Shown: positions 18,333-25,189 of the stretch, piece by piece
Layout: every line of letters begins with the position of its first letter
Position numbering within the stretch: the stretch's first letter is position 1
Source of the DNA: Candidatus Latescibacterota bacterium
Lineage (GTDB): Bacteria > Latescibacterota > UBA2968
Assembly: GCA_965262145.1 (NCBI GenBank)
Contig: OZ253501.1
Span: 2,148,946 to 2,212,945, forward strand
Direction of reading: 5' to 3'
Length of the DNA: 64,000 nt
The notes under the pieces: generated by a model
Seen by the model: only the letters and a program-made list of their open reading frames with translations
The model's database searches: none
What the model was told of the DNA's origin: nothing
Position numbers and translations under genes: made by a program

Positions 18333-20938
18333 TTGCCCTCAATGATACGGATAGGTTTTAAGCTATCGAGAAAGAAAAGATTCTTCCGGACCGCATGTGT
18401 TCTTTCATATAAATGCTCAAAGATACCCCGGAATGCAGCCATTTTATCACCCGGGATCTCGTCCGGTTGCGGCAATTGTTCGTCTAAAAGCGGTTTGAAG
18501 AAATATTTCTCACCTTGATAAAGTGCGTCGGGCAGATAGCACTCGTAAACCAATCCGTCAATGATTCGCTCAAAATATTTGAGCATCATATAGTCACGGG
18601 CATGTGCCAAATCTTTGCTATTTGTCGTTGGCTGTTTCTGGAGATAGATGAGATAATTGACGATTTTGCCAATCAGTGCCTTTTGGGTTGAGATGACATT
18701 GGGGATAGGGATCTGCTGCATATAACCACTGAGTGCTCGAAGTTCATCGGCTGTTAATTGGTCTGACATCTGTGAATAAAACCATTCCACAACGCTGGAA
18801 TTGAGGATACCGCATAACCATGTTTCCTCAGTTGGGATAAGGTAGCAGGTATCCCCACAGTAAAGGCCATTCGTATCCACAGCGAAAGTTTGGTGGTTAT
18901 AGTGGTTTGGACAGACCAGCTTTGGTTGTGTAAAATACTCGGAATTACCGGGGACGGCCTGTAGCTCGTACCATTCCTGTTTTCCCGCTCTTTTGATCAA
19001 GGAATCCCTGTATTTTTTAAGGTGTTTCTGAATTGCCGGATAGGCGTCTATATCTACTCCTTGATGGGCAAAGATCAACCACAAATCCTGTGCATCCACC
19101 TGCCAGCGTCTTATATCCCGTCCGTGCAAAAATGGCTTCAAAATGTCAGCAGATAAAGGATGGTCGGCAATGAGCTTATCCCGCGTCTTTCCATCTACCA
19201 CAAACGCATCGTCCATACCTGTCTTGATACCGAAATGAGATGGTATATTGACATATTGTCCTAACGGTATTCCTGTGTTGCGAAGTTCCTCGAGCAAATT
19301 CACTACATCAGGCGATTGATTAGCACTTAAAATTTCTTCCATATTACGGGAATAGTCCCATTCGTCCGAGTATTGGTCTTGACGGGAGGGGAATCTCGGT
19401 GGACGAAGAGATGCGTGTTGGCTCAAGCCTTTTTGCATCTTGGGAAAACGGCTCCGTCGCCGTTGCGTGAGGATCGCCGCAATGTCTTTTGGTAACTGAA
19501 AACCATGCCTCCGCTCAAATGCCTCAACATTTTTGTAATCGTTGCGAAATGCCGCGATAATATCCGCCCCCCTGCTTTTGGCAACAGTCAGGTCAGATCT
19601 GGCTCCTTGCCAATTTTGCAAGTGCAACCAGCACACACCGCGACTGTAATAAGCCAAGGCAGACTTTGGGACTAGTTCTATCGCCTTGTTATAGTCTTCA
19701 ATGGCCAGGTTATACACGCCTTTTCTATAATAAATAACACCGCGATTGTAATAAGCGAAGCCATAATCCGGATTTAAGTGTATCGCCTTGCTGTAGTCCC
19801 CAAAGGCGAGATCAACTTGGCCGTTGCTGACGTAGGCATTGCCACGATTGTTATAGGCTTGGACATCATCCGGATTTAGCTCTATCACCTTATTGTAGTC
19901 TGCGATAGCACGGTCAAGCTCACCTTGGTTGCTATAAGCATTTCCGCGATTGTAATAGGCATCGACATAATCTCGGTTCAGTTCTATTGCCTTGTTGTAG
20001 TCTGCGATAGCACGGTCATATGCGCCTTTGCTGAAGTAAGTATTTCCGCGATTGTTATAGGCCACGGCAAGCTTTGGATTTAGTTCTATTGCCTTGTTGT
20101 AGTCTGCGATAGCACGGTCATATGCGCCTTTGCTGAAGTAAGTATTTCCGCGATTGTTATAGGCTTCGGCAAACTCTGGATTTAGTTCTATCGCCTTGTT
20201 GTAGTCTGCGATAGCACGGTCATATGCGCCTTTGCTGTGGTAATCAACACCGCGATTGTAATAGACAGGGGCAAGCTCTGGATCAAGTTCTATCGCCTTG
20301 TTGTAGTCTGCGATAGCACGGTCAAGCTCATCTTGATTGCTATAAGCATTTCCGCGATTGTTATAAACAGCGGCATAACGTGGATTACGTTCAATTACAT
20401 GTGAGTAGGCTTCTATCGCATTGTCGTTTTGCTTTAGCATCATCCGAAAATTACCCTGTTGAAATAACCATTTTATTTCTTTTTCGATACTATCAGATGA
20501 CTGAACTCGCATTTCGCCAACGACTTTTCGAAGACCCGCTACCACACTTTGCCAGCCTTTACTCTCAGGTTGCCATTCGTTAATGGGCTTGCCTTGATCA
20601 GGCAAAGCTTGGATGTCGCTGAGTTCATGATTTAGCCAATCGCAACGCTCAAGAATTATGGGGATGACTTTTATATTTTCCTTTAATACTTCTACCAATT
20701 CTTTGTTGTAGTTTTTAGAGGCAAGACTCGAAGCGGAGACGAGGTAGAGTAGAATGTCCGAATCGGCAAGATTTTTAGAAATGTCTTCATACCACTTGTC
20801 GCCCGGGAGGATTTCATCATCATGCCAAATTGTTATCATGCCTTGTTGTTCCATTACATTAAGGCACTGTCTCAATTTGTCCTTTGAGCCTGTATCCTCA
20901 TGCGAATAAGTAATAAATACTTTTAGTGGTTCGCCCAT
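18326..20938 (-). CDS. TIR domain - TPR repeat (~9) - TaqI-like C-terminal target-recognition domain fusion protein (870 aa)
   Basis: N-terminal VFITYSHED...DILLYLVSASSLASKNYNKEL is a TIR fold with the conserved Glu retained. The middle region has ~9 34-aa TPRs (AIADYNKAIELNP...AYNNRGN). The C-terminus has IPSHFGIKTGMDDAFVVD...LKPFLHGRDIRRWQV plus the downstream pattern typical of TaqI/Eco57I/MmeI-type TRDs. GGAG lies 7 nt before the ATG. GC ~41%. Confidence 0.8.
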   Translation of the reverse strand: MGEPLKVFITYSHEDTGSKDKLRQCLNVMEQQGMITIWHDDEILPGDKWYEDISKNLADSDILLYLVSASSLASKNYNKELVEVLKENIKVIPIILERCDWLNHELSDIQALPDQGKPINEWQPESKGWQSVVAGLRKVVGEMRVQSSDSIEKEIKWLFQQGNFRMMLKQNDNAIEAYSHVIERNPRYAAVYNNRGNAYSNQDELDRAIADYNKAIELDPELAPVYYNRGVDYHSKGAYDRAIADYNKAIELNPEFAEAYNNRGNTYFSKGAYDRAIADYNKAIELNPKLAVAYNNRGNTYFSKGAYDRAIADYNKAIELNRDYVDAYYNRGNAYSNQGELDRAIADYNKVIELNPDDVQAYNNRGNAYVSNGQVDLAFGDYSKAIHLNPDYGFAYYNRGVIYYRKGVYNLAIEDYNKAIELVPKSALAYYSRGVCWLHLQNWQGARSDLTVAKSRGADIIAAFRNDYKNVEAFERRHGFQLPKDIAAILTQRRRSRFPKMQKGLSQHASLRPPRFPSRQDQYSDEWDYSRNMEEILSANQSPDVVNLLEELRNTGIPLGQYVNIPSHFGIKTGMDDAFVVDGKTRDKLIADHPLSADILKPFLHGRDIRRWQVDAQDLWLIFAHQGVDIDAYPAIQKHLKKYRDSLIKRAGKQEWYELQAVPGNSEYFTQPKLVCPNHYNHQTFAVDTNGLYCGDTCYLIPTEETWLCGILNSSVVEWFYSQMSDQLTADELRALSGYMQQIPIPNVISTQKALIGKIVNYLIYLQKQPTTNSKDLAHARDYMMLKYFERIIDGLVYECYLPDALYQGEKYFFKPLLDEQLPQPDEIPGDKMAAFRGIFEHLYERTHAVRKNLFFLDSLKPIRIIEGKW
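19870..20330. repeat. near-identical 102-bp tandem direct repeats (in-frame TPR-coding units)
   Basis: The unit ttctattgccttgttgtagtctgcgatagcacggtcatatgcgcctttgctgaagtaagtatttccgcgattgttataggc... recurs at ~19984, 20086, 20188 and 20290 with only a few substitutions. More diverged copies flank these. Confidence 0.8.
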
Positions 20939-21136
20939 TTTCTTTCTCCACGGTCAGGATCAGAATTTTCAGGATTCTACCCTTCTATCACCCACCTCTT
21001 CACATTCCATACTTCAAGCCAGAGTTTTCGGATGGGGAGATTTAATCTGTGTGAAGCGATGTACAACTGCGATAGCAGTTCATCCTTTAATCTGCCTCAT
21101 CCGAGGTCCAGACATTTTTACTACAGGCGATACTTT

Positions 21137-22027
21137 TTACCAACTGCGATATTGGTCAATATTCTCTTTGGCGTCAGGCCACCAGGATGGTTGAGAAGGC
21201 TGATTCTGCGGATCCCATGAGCCGATGAGTTGTGGCCCTGTAGGCATGATTATAAAATACCAGTATTTGTTATAGATGCAACCTGATGGACAATCTCCCC
21301 AGGCATCTCGAAATAAGTAGGAAAAACCGCTCGGTGTGGATAGTGGGTAAATATTTGGAGAATCACCTGCGTAACCATCGGGTTCGGCATATTTCACACC
21401 GGGCAGGTTGGCATAGAGATTCGCCAGATGTCGCGGGTGGAGAATGCCGTCAAAGGAGAGCACCACCCATGGATTGGGTGTATCAAAGGAAGTTGTCTTA
21501 ATCTCCGATATCTGGTATTTCAGATTCAAGACATCCCAGGCGCGATAACTGCCTTCCTTTATCATTCTGTTGGTAGTCGTGTCAACGCCAATAATAATGC
21601 GACCTGGTACCCAGGGTGGGCGGTATGAAAGGGAGTTGATTGCAGCATCTATGTTCCCGTATTCCGCTCGGATCTGGGTGAGATGTGCTTCAATGTCATG
21701 TGAAAGAGATTGTGGAGGTTGGATCTCTCCTGAAATGGAGAGTGCGATCAACTGCGCTTCCTCTGAGACTGGTGGTTGAATCGTCTTCCCGAAGTCTGCG
21801 GCGAAAAGTAAAAAATCTTCAAAATCGACGATGCCATTGTTGCTGAGGTCGAAAATGTCGAGGTCAGCAGATGTCTCGGAACCAAAAGCACCTGCAAAAA
21901 GGATGAAGTCAGCGAAATCGACAGTTCCGTTATCATTGAAGTCCGGACTCTTTGTTTGTGCGCCTGTCAGACCTGGCATTATTGCAAGTGATAGATAGCT
22001 CGCAATGAGAACAACGTGCTTTGCCAT
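21137..22027 (-). CDS. secreted protein with two dockerin-type (EF-hand-like Ca-binding) repeats and an uncharacterised C-terminal domain
   Basis: Signal peptide MAKHVVLIASYLSLAIMPGLTGA, then DFNDNGTVDFADFILFAGAFG and DLSNNGIVDFEDFLLFAADFG (dockerin type I pattern). GC ~43-47%. Confidence 0.55.
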   Translation of the reverse strand: MAKHVVLIASYLSLAIMPGLTGAQTKSPDFNDNGTVDFADFILFAGAFGSETSADLDIFDLSNNGIVDFEDFLLFAADFGKTIQPPVSEEAQLIALSISGEIQPPQSLSHDIEAHLTQIRAEYGNIDAAINSLSYRPPWVPGRIIIGVDTTTNRMIKEGSYRAWDVLNLKYQISEIKTTSFDTPNPWVVLSFDGILHPRHLANLYANLPGVKYAEPDGYAGDSPNIYPLSTPSGFSYLFRDAWGDCPSGCIYNKYWYFIIMPTGPQLIGSWDPQNQPSQPSWWPDAKENIDQYRSW

Positions 22028-22070
22028 ATTTCGACCTCTTAGCAGGCATCAGCATTTAGTTTCTCTAAGC

Positions 22071-22958
22071 TTAACCCGATAGGGTGCGTTTCATTGTTGC
22101 GCCCATTTCAGCAGGGCTTTCGCACACGTGAATACCCGCATCCTCAAGCGCGGCCATTTTATCGGCGGCGGTGCCTTGTCCGCCAGAAATAATCGCGCCC
22201 GCATGCCCCATGCGTCGGCCCGGAGGTGCTGTTTGTCCTGCGATAAAGCTGACCACGGGTTTGTCGAAGTGCGCTTTAACATAAGCGGCGGCTTCTTCTT
22301 CGGCGGTGCCGCCAATTTCCCCGATCATGATAACGGCGTCTGTGTCGGAGTCGTCCTTAAAGAGCGCGAGGCAATCCGTAAAGGTTGTACCTATGATGGG
22401 ATCGCCACCAATGCCCACACACGACGATTGACCAAAGCCACTATCGGTGAGTTGCGAGACTGCTTCATAGGTGAGCGTACCGCTGCGCGAAATGACGCCA
22501 ATGCGACCTTCGCGGTGAATCGCGCCGGGCATAATGCCAATTTTGCACTTGCCCGGAGAAATCAGGCCCGGACAGTTGGGGCCGATCAAGCGCGTATTTT
22601 TATCGGCCAGATAGTGTTTGGCTTTTAGCATGTCGAGCACGGGTATGTTCTCAGAGATGCAAACGACCAGAGGCAGACCTGCATCGGCTGCTTCCATGAT
22701 GGTGTCGGCGGCAAAGGGCGCGGGAACAAAATTGGCCGATGCCGTGGCTCCTGTTTGTTCTACGGCATCGGATACGGTGTCAAAAACCGGTATGCCATCA
22801 ACGCTCTCGCCACCTTTGCCCGCGTTGACCACGCCGACGATTTGAGTACCGTATTCGACCATTTGCTGCAGATGAAATCGCGCTTCGCCACCCATTGCTC
22901 TGCTGCTGGAAAAGCTCTGGACGATCACGCGGGTATTGTTGTCAATGAGAATACTCAT
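22071..22958 (-). CDS. sucD: succinyl-CoA synthetase alpha subunit
   Basis: [14 protein letters not shown]...[18 protein letters not shown]...SRSGTLTYE...GIGGDPI...MGHAGAII. No sucC is adjacent. Confidence 0.9.
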   Translation of the reverse strand: MSILIDNNTRVIVQSFSSSRAMGGEARFHLQQMVEYGTQIVGVVNAGKGGESVDGIPVFDTVSDAVEQTGATASANFVPAPFAADTIMEAADAGLPLVVCISENIPVLDMLKAKHYLADKNTRLIGPNCPGLISPGKCKIGIMPGAIHREGRIGVISRSGTLTYEAVSQLTDSGFGQSSCVGIGGDPIIGTTFTDCLALFKDDSDTDAVIMIGEIGGTAEEEAAAYVKAHFDKPVVSFIAGQTAPPGRRMGHAGAIISGGQGTAADKMAALEDAGIHVCESPAEMGATMKRTLSG

Positions 22959-22976
22959 AAAATCTCCAGTGTTTGT

Positions 22977-23654
22977 TTACTCAAGGGTTCGTTCTTCGAT
23001 TGTGCCATCTGTTTTGCCGATGATGATGTGATCTGTCAGTCCTATAAAAAGGCCGCATTCGACGACGCCGCACAAGGCGTTGATTTTTTTTTCGAGTGTG
23101 GGCGGGGCGTCAATGCGACCAAAGTCGCAATCGATGATGTAATTGCCGTTGTCTGTGACAAAAGGCGTATTGTCCTGTGCGTTGCGAAGTGTGGGGTGAC
23201 AGCCCAGGTCTGCGAGCAGGCGTTGTATGGCTTGCCAGCCAAATGGGATGACCTCAACGGGCAGGGGAAAAGCTCCCAGGTGCGCCACCGGTTTGGATTC
23301 GTCGGCGACGATGATTTCTCTGTCGGATAGTGACGCGACGATTTTTTCTCGCAAAAGCGCGCCACCACCACCTTTTATGAGATTAAAGTACGGGTCAAAT
23401 TCATCTGCGCCGTCAATGGTTAAGTCTATACGGGTGACTTTGTCGAAGTCGATGAGGGGAATATTTTCCGATTCCGCCTGAATGCGCGATTGCTCTGAGG
23501 TGGGTATGCCACATATATCGAGTCCTTCAGTGATGTGCTGGCCGAGTTTTTGAATTGCAAAAAAAGCCGTTGATCCTGTGCCCAGACCGACGACCATACC
23601 ATCTTCGACATATTCGGCAGCCCGTTCTCCTGCCAATTTTTTAGGATGAATTGT
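22977..23654 (-). CDS. rpiA: ribose-5-phosphate isomerase A
   Basis: VGLGTGST...DGADE...LIKGGGGALLREK...AIQRL. Start taken at MTIHPKK; the ORF track gives 23720. Confidence 0.85.
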   Translation of the reverse strand, partial: TIHPKKLAGERAAEYVEDGMVVGLGTGSTAFFAIQKLGQHITEGLDICGIPTSEQSRIQAESENIPLIDFDKVTRIDLTIDGADEFDPYFNLIKGGGGALLREKIVASLSDREIIVADESKPVAHLGAFPLPVEVIPFGWQAIQRLLADLGCHPTLRNAQDNTPFVTDNGNYIIDCDFGRIDAPPTLEKKINALCGVVECGLFIGLTDHIIIGKTDGTIEERTLE

Positions 23655-23824
23655 CATGGCTCTCCCATTTCGAATGATGAAAACAAGCGAAAAGATAAAT
23701 GTAAGATAATGATTTGGCAACGATTTTGACCCATACAGGCATGGTTTTTTTTATTTCTTTTTTTTTGAAATTGTTATACTCTATCAAATAGATAGGGCAA
23801 ATATGATTAAATTTGGAGAAAAAT

Positions 23825-24661
23825 ATGGCTTATCGCACACTGGAAGATTTTTTTGGTGATATTGTAGGGAAAGCGCGTCGGGGACAGGGGATTTCGGAAT
23901 CGGAGTTGGCGCAACAGGTGGGGCTGAGTGTCCGACAAATTGAGCAAATAGAATCGTACGAGCTGACACCTGATGAGCAGAACATTTGCAGACTTGCAGA
24001 CGCGCTGCATCTCGATGGCGAAAAACTGGTAGAAGTGGCGCGTGGATGGGTGCCACTACAGGGCAATGCGGTGTTTGAAGACGAGGCCATGCGGGTTGAC
24101 CGATTGATTCTCGATGCGGGTATGACGGTGAATTGTTATGTACTAACCTGCAAGGCATCGGGCAAAGGGGCTGTGATTGATCCCGGTGGGCAGGCGCAGT
24201 TGATATTGGATGCGATTGCCGATATACAGGTAACGCACATTTTGCTCACACATGGACACGGCGATCACGTTGGGGCACTCGAAGTAGTTGCTGATGCGAC
24301 ACAGGCGCAGGTATGCGGTTGCGAGCGCGATTTTGCGTTGATGGGCGGGCGCAGCCAGCGGGTGACTGAACGCGTGGATGAGGGGTGGCAAACAGCGATT
24401 GGTGAACTCGGTATTGATACGGTGAGTTTGCCCGGGCACACAGGTGGTGGCATTGGTTATTATACTGTACCCATATTTTTTTCGGGTGACGCGCTATTTG
24501 CGGGTTCTCTGGGAGGGGCAAGAGGGGATGCCTACCGTGGGCAAATTCAGGCCGTGCGTGCGAAGGTGCTTTCTCTGCCAGGGGAGACGACCATTTTTCC
24601 GGGTCATGGTCCAATTACGTCTGTAGCACAGGAGTTGGCGCATAATCCCTATTTTGTTTGA
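23825..24661 (+). CDS. XRE-type HTH domain fused to MBL-fold metallo-hydrolase (glyoxalase II-like)
   Basis: HTH ISESELAQQVGLSVRQIEQIE, then HILLTHGHGDHVGA and later H/D ligands. ATG at 23825 has GGAG upstream; the ORF track used a TTG at 23813. Confidence 0.7.
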   Translation: MAYRTLEDFFGDIVGKARRGQGISESELAQQVGLSVRQIEQIESYELTPDEQNICRLADALHLDGEKLVEVARGWVPLQGNAVFEDEAMRVDRLILDAGMTVNCYVLTCKASGKGAVIDPGGQAQLILDAIADIQVTHILLTHGHGDHVGALEVVADATQAQVCGCERDFALMGGRSQRVTERVDEGWQTAIGELGIDTVSLPGHTGGGIGYYTVPIFFSGDALFAGSLGGARGDAYRGQIQAVRAKVLSLPGETTIFPGHGPITSVAQELAHNPYFV

Positions 24662-24668
24662 GATGGGT

Positions 24669-24702
24669 CCCTGTGCTGAGATCCAGGGCTTTATTTTTTT
24701 TT
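24669..24702 (+). terminator. possible Rho-independent terminator after the HTH-MBL gene
   Basis: Short stem ccctg / caggg followed by an 11-nt T-run. Confidence 0.4.
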
Positions 24703-24888
24703 AGATGCCTGGGTTTCAACCCATTGTCCAATGGCCTGTCGTATGGATTCGACTGCGGCTTTTTTGCGCTCAAGACGATCAATATGCGTACGTAGCTGAT
24801 CGATTTGTGCGTTGAGGTCTTGAAGTTCTCCATTTGCTGCTTCAAGTGCTTGTTGATACAGAGGTTCGCTATGGGTCGGTTCTGCCAT
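24691..24888 (-). CDS. small coiled-coil protein (65 aa), function unknown
   Basis: A strong RBS AAGGAG lies 8 nt upstream of the ATG. It does not overlap neighbouring genes and the residue composition is heptad-like. Confidence 0.45.
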   Translation of the reverse strand: MAEPTHSEPLYQQALEAANGELQDLNAQIDQLRTHIDRLERKKAAVESIRQAIGQWVETQASKKK

Positions 24889-25016
24889 GAATTAGGCTCC
24901 TTGTAGTAAAAAATGAAATATGCGATCCATCTAAACATAACCTGTGCGGCCTTGGGTCGTCAAGCGCGAAAAAGTCCGCTCGCAGTTGATTCGACAAAGC
25001 GGTGTATTTTTTTATT

Positions 25017-25045
25017 TGCAACCTGTTACAATTTTTTACAATTTT
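25017..25045 (+). promoter_or_regulatory. candidate sigma70-type promoter for the large OMP gene
   Basis: TTGCAA, ~16-nt spacer, TACAAT; ~150 nt upstream of the ATG at 25190. Confidence 0.3.
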
Positions 25046-25189
25046 CATGGGAACGAAGTGACCCAGCCGGTTGTTTAATGCTGTAAGTGTAGATTTTCAA
25101 GGTATGCAACTTTCTTTTCATTCACGCATTTAAAAAGAAGGTCGTAAGTTCCAATACATAGCGAGATAGGATATTCAAAGGAGCTAAAC

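Noticed and set aside
19870-20330. Possible CRISPR-like array suggested by regularly spaced direct repeats
   Set aside because: The period is 102 bp with no unique spacers. The repeats are in-frame 34-codon TPR units inside a long ORF, so this is a coding tandem duplication, not CRISPR.
24615-24938. 107-aa minus-strand ORF overlapping the 3' end of the HTH-MBL gene
   Set aside because: It overlaps a supported gene and has a poor, low-complexity product. The nested 65-aa ORF (24691-24888) in another frame has a consensus RBS and was preferred.
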